A stretch of DNA of 43,736 nt, taken from positions 38,405 through 82,140 of the forward strand of contig CAYUXQ010000001.1 of assembly GCA_964448925.1 (NCBI GenBank), read 5' to 3'. Below the pieces are notes generated by a model, which was not told the origin of the DNA, did no database searches, and saw nothing but the letters and a program-made list of their open reading frames with translations. Each line of letters opens with the position of its first letter. Within the stretch, counting starts at the first letter, position 1. The stretch is from an uncultured Candidatus Saccharibacteria bacterium. Its GTDB lineage: Bacteria > Patescibacteriota > Saccharimonadia > Saccharimonadales > UBA10212. The position numbers were made by a program, and so were the translations under genes. Positions 1-8,346 of the stretch are shown one piece after another.

Positions 1-2
1 GT

Positions 3-1253
3 GGATTCCTGTGGGGCACCGCTACCGCGGCACACCAGGTGGAAGGCAATAACCATAACCAATGGAGTGTTTGGGAGCTCAATCATGCTTCGCAGCTGGC
101 TCTTACAGCCGAAAAACGCCTGGGGCGATTGCCAAGCTGGTCTCGCATCCAAAAACAAGCATTGAATCCATCCAACTACATCAGTGGACGAGCAGTAGAC
201 CATTACAACCTCTATAAACAGGATTTTAAAATAGCCAAAAGTCTCAACCTAAACTCATTGCGATTTGGTATAGAATGGTCGCGTTTAGAGCCGGAAGAGG
301 GCGTATGGGACGAAGACGCCATAGCCCACTATCATGACTATATAAAAGAGCTTAAAAAACTGGGCATCGAACCAATGCTCAATCTTTGGCACTGGAGTAT
401 GCCGGTTTGGTTTACTGATAAAGGCGGTTTTAAATATCGGCGCAACATCAATCACTTCAAGCGATTCGCCCAAAGAGTGGCTGATGAATACGGCCCGCAC
501 TTGAACTGGTTGATAACGCTGAACGAACCCAATGTATTTGTAACCTTTGGCTATTTGGTGCCAGAACCGCTTAGTGGCCCCTGGCCGCCGGGCGAAAAAA
601 ACCCGATTAGTTTTGCTAGAGTGTATAGGAACCTTATAAGAGCACACAAAATAGTCTATAAGGTATTTAAATCAGTAAATCCTCATATTCAAGTCGGTCT
701 AGCGATTCAATTAGCCAACATTCAGGCCAAGCGCCCACATAACGAAATCGATGAGTTTACTACTCGCTTTATGCGTTATTTCTGGAACTGGTGGTTTATG
801 ATGAGGGTGCGTTTGCAAATGGATTTTGTTGGGTTTAACTACTATTTTACAGACTATTACAGAGGTCTCGGTCAGCGAGCTGATGCCAAGGTACCGCTTA
901 GCGACATGGGCTGGTATATGGAACCAGAGGGGCTTTACCCACTACTACTAAGCGTTTCCCGGCGATTTAAGCGCAAACCAATTATTGTGACCGAGAACGG
1001 CGTTGCCGACGGTCAAGACGAATTCCGCCGGTGGTGGATTGAGCAGACAATAGTAGCCATGGAAAGAGCAATATCTGAAGGTGCCAATATAGTCGGCTAT
1101 TTTCATTGGAGCCTACTGGACAACTTCGAATGGCTTAACGGCTGGTGGCCCAAGTTTGGTCTGGTTTCGGTGGACCGTCATCACGGCATGAAACGCACGG
1201 TACGGCCTAGCGCCAAGTGGTTCGCTGATAAGATAAAAGAACTCCAGAAATAG
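3..1253 (+). CDS. Glycoside hydrolase family 1 beta-glucosidase (5' end cut by window edge)
   Basis: The reading frame stays open back to nt 3 and encodes GFLWGTATAAHQVEG, the GH1 N-terminal signature. The TLNEPN acid/base motif and VTENG nucleophile motif are both present. The ORF-track start at 39 is an internal GTG. Confidence 0.9.
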   Translation, partial: GFLWGTATAAHQVEGNNHNQWSVWELNHASQLALTAEKRLGRLPSWSRIQKQALNPSNYISGRAVDHYNLYKQDFKIAKSLNLNSLRFGIEWSRLEPEEGVWDEDAIAHYHDYIKELKKLGIEPMLNLWHWSMPVWFTDKGGFKYRRNINHFKRFAQRVADEYGPHLNWLITLNEPNVFVTFGYLVPEPLSGPWPPGEKNPISFARVYRNLIRAHKIVYKVFKSVNPHIQVGLAIQLANIQAKRPHNEIDEFTTRFMRYFWNWWFMMRVRLQMDFVGFNYYFTDYYRGLGQRADAKVPLSDMGWYMEPEGLYPLLLSVSRRFKRKPIIVTENGVADGQDEFRRWWIEQTIVAMERAISEGANIVGYFHWSLLDNFEWLNGWWPKFGLVSVDRHHGMKRTVRPSAKWFADKIKELQK

Positions 1254-1289
1254 AATAAGCTTGACCATTTTAGTAATCTGTGCTAATAT

Positions 1290-1718
1290 ATGTTCATGTC
1301 TTCAAAATCAAGTGAACGAAAACAAAAACAATCAAAATCAAAAGAAGCACCGAAGGTTGATAAAGTGATTGCAATCGGCGCATCTGTTATTGCTTTAGCT
1401 ACGGCAGCTGGACTCTACAAGGTCCATGAAGCTGTTGCCGAATCCAAGCCTAAACCGATGAGCGAGATGACCTATCATGCTGATAAAGATCACACCGTTT
1501 ATGGTTTTGCGGCCAGGCATCTTAAGGGTGATCCGCGGCAGTATCTTGCAGAGCTACGAGCTCAGCTACCTAAAGAAGCTCAAGATACATATAATGTTCC
1601 CGATGACTTTGTCTTCAAGGTCGAATCCGAAGACATTGCTAAACCGAACTCTGTTGAAATTGGTAGTGCGGCTTATTCCAATGAGGCTAGTGATAAAAGC
1701 TCCCAAAACGACGGCTAG
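1290..1718 (+). CDS. Hypothetical small membrane-anchored protein
   Basis: A Lys/Ser-rich N-terminus is followed by one hydrophobic helix (VIAIGASVIALATAAGLY). I recognise no family. An intrinsic terminator follows the gene. Confidence 0.5.
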   Translation: MFMSSKSSERKQKQSKSKEAPKVDKVIAIGASVIALATAAGLYKVHEAVAESKPKPMSEMTYHADKDHTVYGFAARHLKGDPRQYLAELRAQLPKEAQDTYNVPDDFVFKVESEDIAKPNSVEIGSAAYSNEASDKSSQNDG

Positions 1719-1787
1719 TAGCTACAAGGCAAAGCCGGGCGCTATATATTGTGTATAAAGTGTGACAACCACATATTTGTGGAAAAG

Positions 1788-1812
1788 TAACCTCACCAGA
1801 GGTTATTTTTTT
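1788..1812 (+). terminator. Rho-independent terminator
   Basis: Stem TAACCTC/GAGGTTA (7 bp) with loop ACCA, followed by a T7 run. Confidence 0.7.
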
Positions 1813-1829
1813 ATAAAAACAGTTGCGTG

Positions 1830-1876
1830 TGGGTACAAATGGGTAGTAGACTGTTTCCAGTGGGTAAAAGTGGGTA
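1830..1876 (+). promoter_or_regulatory. Putative MraZ operator: four phased TGGGTA direct repeats
   Basis: TGGGTA occurs at 1830-1835, 1840-1845, 1861-1866 and 1871-1876, with start-to-start spacing of 10/21/10 bp. The array lies 59-105 bp upstream of the mraZ ATG. It resembles the TGGGN direct-repeat operator with 10-bp periodicity known for E. coli MraZ. Confidence 0.6.
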
Positions 1877-1934
1877 GAGCCAAATAGTCTACTCGCTGAA
1901 AAACAAAAACCACTAGCAGTTACTTAAAATCACC

Positions 1935-2288
1935 ATGGGAGACTACTTCGAAAGAAAGCTTGACGACAAGCGGCGGCTAACCATTCCGACCGAGCTTCGA
2001 GCCGAGTTTGAAAGCGGAGTAGTACTAACCAGAGGATTTGGCAAGTACCTGCATCTTTACCCGAAGTCCGTTTGGGACGAACAAGTCGAACCGGCTTTGC
2101 AAGGTAATATCCTTGACGAGGCGACGGCCGACAAAAATGTTCAGTTCCGGATGGGCAAAACCGAGGAACAGCTTGACGGCAAACAAGGCCGCGTGCAGCT
2201 TCCTGGACACCTTTGTAGCTACGCCGCTATCGAAAAAAGCGTAGTAGCTGTTAGGGCAGGGCGCTACTGGCGGCTGATGGCCGGGTAA
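1935..2288 (+). CDS. mraZ: Transcriptional regulator MraZ (short form, 117 aa)
   Basis: Two SpoVT/AbrB-type half motifs are present (DDKRRLTIP and DGKQGRVQLP). It is the first gene of the dcw cluster. Confidence 0.85.
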   Translation: MGDYFERKLDDKRRLTIPTELRAEFESGVVLTRGFGKYLHLYPKSVWDEQVEPALQGNILDEATADKNVQFRMGKTEEQLDGKQGRVQLPGHLCSYAAIEKSVVAVRAGRYWRLMAG

Positions 2289-2450
2289 AGAACAGGATAT
2301 AGTACCTTAACAACTAGTGTTCGGAAATGCCAATAGAAAATGAAAGAGTCTCTTCTTTGCGAAATTGGGAAGAGCAGTCCGACAAATTGTATACCTTTTT
2401 GCCGGACAGGTGAGAAGCCCTGCGAGGGTATCTCATAAACCCTCGAGGTT

Positions 2451-2688
2451 AGCTAATTGGCAGCCAGCCGGTGGGAAAAAAGGGGCACCACCGTTATAAA
2501 CACCCTTGCACATTCTTAAAAATCGTAACACCTCCCAAAACTCCACCTCACAAAAAGTCTCTCTCAAGACCTTTTCAGAGCCTAGGATAAGAAATTCGTT
2601 TCGCATTCTGAGCTCCACCGTCCGTTATCTGACGGACAAAACAAAAACAAAAACCACAAAAAAACAAAAAGCTGGCTGCTAATTAGGT
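2451..2688 (+). repeat. Long-range 18-nt imperfect inverted repeat bracketing a CA-rich spacer
   Basis: AGCTAATTGGCAGCCAGC (2451-2468) is complementary to GCTGGCTGCTAATTAGGT (2671-2688), with 16 Watson-Crick pairs, 1 G-U pair and 1 mismatch. The right arm covers the GTG at 2687. Confidence 0.7.
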
Positions 2689-3604
2689 GACCTTGCAAAA
2701 ACAAAAAATGCCAAAACAAAAACAAACAAAGAAAAAAGACCTACACATACCAGTTCTGCTTGCAGAAGTGATACGCTGCCTCGGTCCAAAACCCGGGGAG
2801 TCTTATCTGGACTTAACCGCCGGTTACGGTGGTCATGCGCAAGCTGTTCTGGCGGCTACCAAGGCGGCTGAAAATGCTGTTTTGGTAGACCGAGACGCCG
2901 AGGCGACGGATTGCATAAGTGATCGGTTTGCCGGCCGCGGGACTGTAATCATGAAGTCTGATTTTTTGGCCGCTGCACATAGTTTGCACCAAGAAGGCCG
3001 ACAGTTTGACATGATAATGGCAGATTTGGGACTAAGTTCACCGCACCTTAATAGGGAAGACAGAGGGTTTTCGTTTCGGGCAGATGGGCCGCTAGATATG
3101 AGAATGGATAGGTCACAGGATTTAGACGCCGCCCAAATAGTAAACACTTGGAGCAAAGAGAAAATAGCCCGCATATTGCGAGAGTATGGCGAAGAGCCCA
3201 AAGCCAATGTCCTAGCTGGTAAAATCGTTCACCAGCGGCCGATAAATTCCACAGTACATCTGAGTAACCTAGTAAAAAGCGTCTACCCGGGTCATAGCCG
3301 GGTGCACCCGGCTACCAGAACTTTTCAGGCGCTTAGAATTGCTGTAAACGACGAATTAGGCCAGCTAGCGGCTGTTTTGCCGGTAGCGATGGAATTACTT
3401 GCTCCTGGCGGGCGTTTGGCTGTTATTAGCTTCCATAGCCTCGAAGACCGCCTGGTAAAACAATTTATGGCCGAGTACTCGGCTGATTCCTACGACTCAG
3501 AAGCAGAACTGATTACCAAAAAACCAATATTACCCAGCCAGGCAGAAATTGTTTCCAATCCGCGGGCCCGTAGTGCAAAACTGCGAGCTTGCCGCAAAAA
3601 ATAA
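2687..3604 (+). CDS. rsmH: 16S rRNA (cytosine1402-N4)-methyltransferase RsmH
   Basis: HIPVLL, DLTAGYGGHA, SFHSLEDR and NPRARSAKLR motifs are present, and the gene follows mraZ. The start is uncertain (GTG 2687 or ATG 2708). Confidence 0.9.
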   Translation: MTLQKQKMPKQKQTKKKDLHIPVLLAEVIRCLGPKPGESYLDLTAGYGGHAQAVLAATKAAENAVLVDRDAEATDCISDRFAGRGTVIMKSDFLAAAHSLHQEGRQFDMIMADLGLSSPHLNREDRGFSFRADGPLDMRMDRSQDLDAAQIVNTWSKEKIARILREYGEEPKANVLAGKIVHQRPINSTVHLSNLVKSVYPGHSRVHPATRTFQALRIAVNDELGQLAAVLPVAMELLAPGGRLAVISFHSLEDRLVKQFMAEYSADSYDSEAELITKKPILPSQAEIVSNPRARSAKLRACRKK

Positions 3605-3715
3605 AAACAAAAAGAAAGGAAAGGTGCCAACTCAACAAAATGAGAGTTGAAGTACAAAACAAATCCCGAGCACAGAAAGTACATGTAAGAGTACTCTCCT
3701 AAACAGGGACAAGCC

Positions 3716-3745
3716 GGCAGCGCCAATAGTGCAAAAGGCGCTGCC
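3716..3745 (+). other. Perfect 9-bp stem hairpin in the rsmH-ftsL spacer
   Basis: GGCAGCGCC (3716-3724) pairs with GGCGCTGCC (3737-3745) across a 12-nt loop. It is followed by an A-run rather than a U-run, so it is not a canonical terminator. Confidence 0.5.
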
Positions 3746-3762
3746 CCAAAAAAAACAAATAT

Positions 3763-4107
3763 ATGACATATTCTTCTTCAGTAGCTTACAATCGCCGTTC
3801 GGTCGGCCGTCGTAATCAAAACAGCGTCAGTTTTAGCCCTCAAGGCCGGACCTTGGGCCCTATCAGCAACAGTATTGTTCTTATTCTGCTTGCTTGCATG
3901 ATAGGTCTTCTGTACCTAACACAGGTGACGAAGACAAATAGTTATGGCTATACAATTAACAGTTTAGAGCAACAGCAAAGCGAGCTTAGCGACCAACGGT
4001 CTAACCTAGAAGTGACATCGGCAAGACTGCAGTCTTTGCAACGGGTAGCTGGTAGTGAAGTTGCCAAAAATCTAGCTGCTACAACGCCATCAGGAACGGT
4101 TCAGTAA
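3763..4107 (+). CDS. ftsL: FtsL-like cell division protein
   Basis: The gene sits between rsmH and ftsI. It has a single TM helix (IVLILLACMIGLLYL) followed by a Q/L/E-rich coiled-coil-like segment. Confidence 0.6.
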   Translation: MTYSSSVAYNRRSVGRRNQNSVSFSPQGRTLGPISNSIVLILLACMIGLLYLTQVTKTNSYGYTINSLEQQQSELSDQRSNLEVTSARLQSLQRVAGSEVAKNLAATTPSGTVQ

Positions 4108-4141
4108 AGGTTGGTATTTTTTCGACTGTAGATATTATTTT

Positions 4142-5938
4142 ATGGCACCTACTAGCGGCTCAATAAAGGGCGACCACCCGGCAAACCCAAACCGCCGTAT
4201 CCAACTGTGGTACGGTGTTTTACTGTTTATTCTCAGTATTTTTGCTATTCGCTTGTTTTATCTACAGATTATTCGATACGATCACTATCACCAGCAGGCT
4301 ATGGCTGGTCAGCAAAAAGAGTATACAATAGCTGCCGATAGAGGCGTAATTAGCGCCTACGACCACGACAACACAGTGCCTATTGTACTTAACGAAAAAC
4401 TCTATACCCTTTATGCTGATCCAGTGTTGATAAAAGACTCCAAAAAAACCTCGTCTAAGCTCGCGAGCATAACAAATGGTGATGAAGCCCAGTATCTGAA
4501 GCTACTACAAACAAAAAACTCACGCTATGTTGTTCTTGCAAAAAGGTTAAGCGAGAGCCAAAAGGATCAGCTGTTAAATCAAAAGTTACCCGGGGTTGGC
4601 TTGCAGGCAAATTCGTACCGGACTTACCCGCAAGGTTCGTTGGCTGCTCAACTACTTGGTTTTGTCAACAACGACGGACAGGGTACTTACGGTATTGAAC
4701 AAGCTTTAAATAAAACCCTTAAGGGCCAGCCGGGCCGTTTAAAAGCCATTACTGATGCTAATGGTGTCCCGCTGGCAGCTAGTAAGGACAATATTCAAAT
4801 AGACCCTATACCTGGCGACCAAGTAGTGTTGACAATCGATGTCTCAATGCAACAACAAGTTGAGGAGCTACTCAAAAAAGGCCTAGATAGGGCTAAATCC
4901 AAGGCTGGAAGTGTGGTAGTAATGGACCCAAACACTGGCGCCATTAAAGCAATGGCTAATCTGCCCAGCTACGACCCATCACAATATTTCAAGGTCGAAG
5001 ACAGCAGTTTGTTTACTAACGCCGCTGTTGCAACGCCGCTAGAAGTTGGTTCGGTTATGAAGACTCTAACCGCGGCAGCGGCGTTGGACCAGGGAGTGAT
5101 TAAACCAGAAACCAGCTATTATGATCCAGCAATCTGGCACCTAAACGGGCATGACATTACTAACATCGAAGAAGACGGGGGTGCTGGCACCCACAATGTT
5201 GCCGAAATTCTAGATTTATCAATTAACACCGGTGCTACTTGGATGCTTATGCAAATGGGCGGGCAAACAGGTGTAGTCAACCAAAAAGCTCGCGATCAGT
5301 GGTACGACTATATGGTCAATCATTACCGTTTGGGTAAACCAACTGGTGTCGAACAAGGGTACGAAGCAGCAGGCTATATTCCTGACCCGAAGGACGGCTA
5401 TGCTTTGCAGTTAGCCTATGCTAATACTAGCTTTGGGCAAGGTATGACTGCTACGCCATTGCAGATGGCGGCCGCACTCTCAGCTGTTGTAAATGGCGGC
5501 ACATATTACCAACCGCACTTGGTAGATCGAACGATTAACGGCCAAGATAAAGCTTCCACAGTCAAATCTAAAATCGTTCGTAAAAATGTTGTTTCTAACC
5601 AAACTTCTTCTGAAATCCGTGATCTGATGGAATATGTCGTAGAAGGGCACCTAAAGGCTGGCTTCAGCTATCTTAGATTTCCTGATGGCTATAGTGTTGG
5701 CGGAAAAACTGGCACAGCCCAGATCGCCAAAAAAACCGGCGGCTACTATGAGGACAAGTATAACGGTACCTACCTAGGGTTTGTCGGTGGCGACATGCCT
5801 GCTTATGTGATAATGGTCAAGGTCGCCGAACCCGGAATTGGTGGCTATGCTGGCTCTCAGGCGGCACAACCATTATTTGCTGATGTTGCTCACATGCTAA
5901 TAAATGGCTTTAATGTACCTCTTAAAACCGGCAGCTAG
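4142..5938 (+). CDS. ftsI: Penicillin-binding protein, class B transpeptidase (FtsI/PBP2-like)
   Basis: N-terminal TM helix plus SVMK (SxxK), SIN (SxN) and KTGT motifs; located in the dcw cluster. Confidence 0.9.
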   Translation: MAPTSGSIKGDHPANPNRRIQLWYGVLLFILSIFAIRLFYLQIIRYDHYHQQAMAGQQKEYTIAADRGVISAYDHDNTVPIVLNEKLYTLYADPVLIKDSKKTSSKLASITNGDEAQYLKLLQTKNSRYVVLAKRLSESQKDQLLNQKLPGVGLQANSYRTYPQGSLAAQLLGFVNNDGQGTYGIEQALNKTLKGQPGRLKAITDANGVPLAASKDNIQIDPIPGDQVVLTIDVSMQQQVEELLKKGLDRAKSKAGSVVVMDPNTGAIKAMANLPSYDPSQYFKVEDSSLFTNAAVATPLEVGSVMKTLTAAAALDQGVIKPETSYYDPAIWHLNGHDITNIEEDGGAGTHNVAEILDLSINTGATWMLMQMGGQTGVVNQKARDQWYDYMVNHYRLGKPTGVEQGYEAAGYIPDPKDGYALQLAYANTSFGQGMTATPLQMAAALSAVVNGGTYYQPHLVDRTINGQDKASTVKSKIVRKNVVSNQTSSEIRDLMEYVVEGHLKAGFSYLRFPDGYSVGGKTGTAQIAKKTGGYYEDKYNGTYLGFVGGDMPAYVIMVKVAEPGIGGYAGSQAAQPLFADVAHMLINGFNVPLKTGS

Positions 5939-5975
5939 AATGCTATAATCGAGAAAGTGAGATATCAAAGAAAAA

Positions 5976-7013
5976 ATGAGTAGCCTACAAATCTTAGCTG
6001 ATTCAAAAGCTATTGAGCACATTTTTACACTTGGTTTCTTTGGTTTCTTAATAAGCATGTTGCTAACCCCGGTGTATACCACAGCAGCCTATGCAGGACA
6101 GTGGTGGAAAAAAATCCGTACCCATTCAATTAGCGGCGAAGCAGCCAAAGTTTTTCACAAATTACACGCCGATAAGCATGCTCGTAATATCCCAACTATG
6201 GCAGGGGCAATTTTTATTGTTGCTACGGCTGTAGTCACGCTTAGTGGAAACTTATCAAGGTCGGAAACATGGTTGCCTCTGGCGGCGATGGTTGGTGCTG
6301 GGGCAGTGGGGCTGCTTGACGACATTATCAATATTCGTGGAATTGGTGGAAGCGTAGCTGGCCTCCGGCCTAAAGTTAAAGCCGCGCTACTGATAGGGGT
6401 GGCTCTAATCGGCGGTTGGTGGTTTTATGAAAAACTAGGAGTTCATGCCATTCATATTCCGTTTAATGGGAGCCTTGAAATCGGTTGGTTAATTGTTCCG
6501 CTGTTTGTATTGGTGGTCTTTTCGTCGGCAATTTCGGTTAACTTTACTGATGGTTTGGACGGTTTAGCCGGTGGCTTGGCAGCTATAGCTTTCGGCGCCT
6601 ATGCTGTGATAGCTGTTATTGAAGCAAAGTACGGGATTGCCGGATTTTGCATGACTGTAGTCGGGGCACTTCTGGCCTATACATGGTTTAATGTTTTTCC
6701 CGCACGGTTTTTTATGGGAGATATTGGATCGTTTGCTCTAGGAACGGCTCTTGGGGTAGTTGCGATACTGACCGACACAATTTTACTGCTGCCAGTCATA
6801 GCTCTTGTTTTTGTAGGCGAAACTGGCTCAGTAGTACTCCAACTAGCCAGCAAAAGGCTCCGCGGTGGAAAGCGGATATTTAAATCTACGCCTATCCATC
6901 ACCACTTTGAAGCCATTGGCTGGCCGGAAACCAAAGTTACCATGCGGTTTTGGATTATTGGTGAAATCGCGGCATTAGGAGGCATAATATTGTTCATCTT
7001 AGGTCGTACCTAG
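5976..7013 (+). CDS. mraY: Phospho-N-acetylmuramoyl-pentapeptide transferase MraY
   Basis: Polytopic membrane protein with LLDDIINIRG, NFTDGLDGLAGG and IHHHFE motifs. Confidence 0.95.
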   Translation: MSSLQILADSKAIEHIFTLGFFGFLISMLLTPVYTTAAYAGQWWKKIRTHSISGEAAKVFHKLHADKHARNIPTMAGAIFIVATAVVTLSGNLSRSETWLPLAAMVGAGAVGLLDDIINIRGIGGSVAGLRPKVKAALLIGVALIGGWWFYEKLGVHAIHIPFNGSLEIGWLIVPLFVLVVFSSAISVNFTDGLDGLAGGLAAIAFGAYAVIAVIEAKYGIAGFCMTVVGALLAYTWFNVFPARFFMGDIGSFALGTALGVVAILTDTILLLPVIALVFVGETGSVVLQLASKRLRGGKRIFKSTPIHHHFEAIGWPETKVTMRFWIIGEIAALGGIILFILGRT

Positions 7014-7044
7014 CAGTAAGTTATTTCTTAAAAAAAACAAAAAA

Positions 7045-8346
7045 ATGAATCTTGCTAACAAAAATCGCCCCAGACATTCAGCCGGCTCTCGGTATATCAC
7101 AGACCAGTCTGTTGCAAGTAAGCTCGGGCGCCGTCACAAACCTGATTATTGGTTACTTATATTGACAGCTTTGCTCTTGGTGATTGGGCTTGTAGTAGTC
7201 TATTCAATCAGCCCAGGCCTGGCTGCAAGTCAGGGTGTTAGTCAGAGTTATTTTGTAACCAAGCAGCTACTTGATGTCATCTTGGCTGGGGTGGTCTTTG
7301 CGGTTGCCTCATATATTCCAATTAGCTGGTGGCACCGTTCGGCTAAGGGGCTAGTGGTTGCAGCTTTACTGGGCTGTGTGGTTGTTATGCTGGTGCCGGT
7401 CGATAGTGTTTATCAGGCGCATCGCTGGATTAGATTGGGCGGAGTCTCTTTTCAGGTAGTTGAGCTTGTAAAGCTAGCCTTAATCGTCTGGCTGGCAAAG
7501 TTTTTGACTGCTCAAGCAAAAATGGGTCTGGTCAATGATTTTAAAGAAACCCTAAGGCCTCTATTGCTAGTAACCGTTGCGGGTGGGTTTGTGGTTGCCA
7601 AGCTACAAAGTGATTTAGGGTCAACAGCAGTCATGGTTGCCATTATTGGACTGATGGCTTTTGTGGCTGGCATTTCTTTAAAGAAGGTTAGTATAATTGC
7701 TGGAATTATTTTTCTTTTGGGCATAATTGCTATTTCCAGCAGCCCATATCGACGCGATCGTTTAGCGACTTTTTTAAATCCAGGTAAAGATTGCCAAAGT
7801 ACCGGTTATCAGGCCTGCCAGGCGCTTATTTCTGTTGGTTCTGGGGGTCTTTTTGGAGTTGGTCTAGGATATAGTGTACAAGCCTATGGTTATACTCCAG
7901 AAGCTTCTGATGACTCAATATTTGCAATCATGGGTGAACAGTTTGGTTTTATTGGTTCCGTTATTATAATAGGCCTCTACGGAGCGTTCATTGCTAGACT
8001 GAAGGGTATAATAGAGAAGAGCGCCGATATGTTTAGCCGATTATTAGTGGTTGGGGTCATGGCCTGGCTAAGCACCCAAATGATTATTAATATCGGTGCT
8101 ATGCTGGGGCTATTACCGCTAAAAGGCATAACTTTACCACTAATCAGTCAAGGTGGCACAAGCTTACTTTTTATCACTGCTGCAATCGGGATAGTTTTTC
8201 AGGTTTCACGCTATACTAGTTACAGTAAAATAAAGCTATTACCAGACCAAAATGAAACAAAACACCAATACTATAGTTCTCACCGGCGGCGGGTCGGGGG
8301 GGCACATAACGCCGCTACTTTCACTGGCACAGGCCATAAAGGATAA
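7045..8346 (+). CDS. ftsW: SEDS-family peptidoglycan glycosyltransferase FtsW/RodA
   Basis: Polytopic membrane protein with PEASDDSIFAIMGEQFGFIG and LPLKGITLPLISQGGTS motifs. Its last ~32 codons overlap murG in another frame. Confidence 0.9.
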   Translation: MNLANKNRPRHSAGSRYITDQSVASKLGRRHKPDYWLLILTALLLVIGLVVVYSISPGLAASQGVSQSYFVTKQLLDVILAGVVFAVASYIPISWWHRSAKGLVVAALLGCVVVMLVPVDSVYQAHRWIRLGGVSFQVVELVKLALIVWLAKFLTAQAKMGLVNDFKETLRPLLLVTVAGGFVVAKLQSDLGSTAVMVAIIGLMAFVAGISLKKVSIIAGIIFLLGIIAISSSPYRRDRLATFLNPGKDCQSTGYQACQALISVGSGGLFGVGLGYSVQAYGYTPEASDDSIFAIMGEQFGFIGSVIIIGLYGAFIARLKGIIEKSADMFSRLLVVGVMAWLSTQMIINIGAMLGLLPLKGITLPLISQGGTSLLFITAAIGIVFQVSRYTSYSKIKLLPDQNETKHQYYSSHRRRVGGAHNAATFTGTGHKG

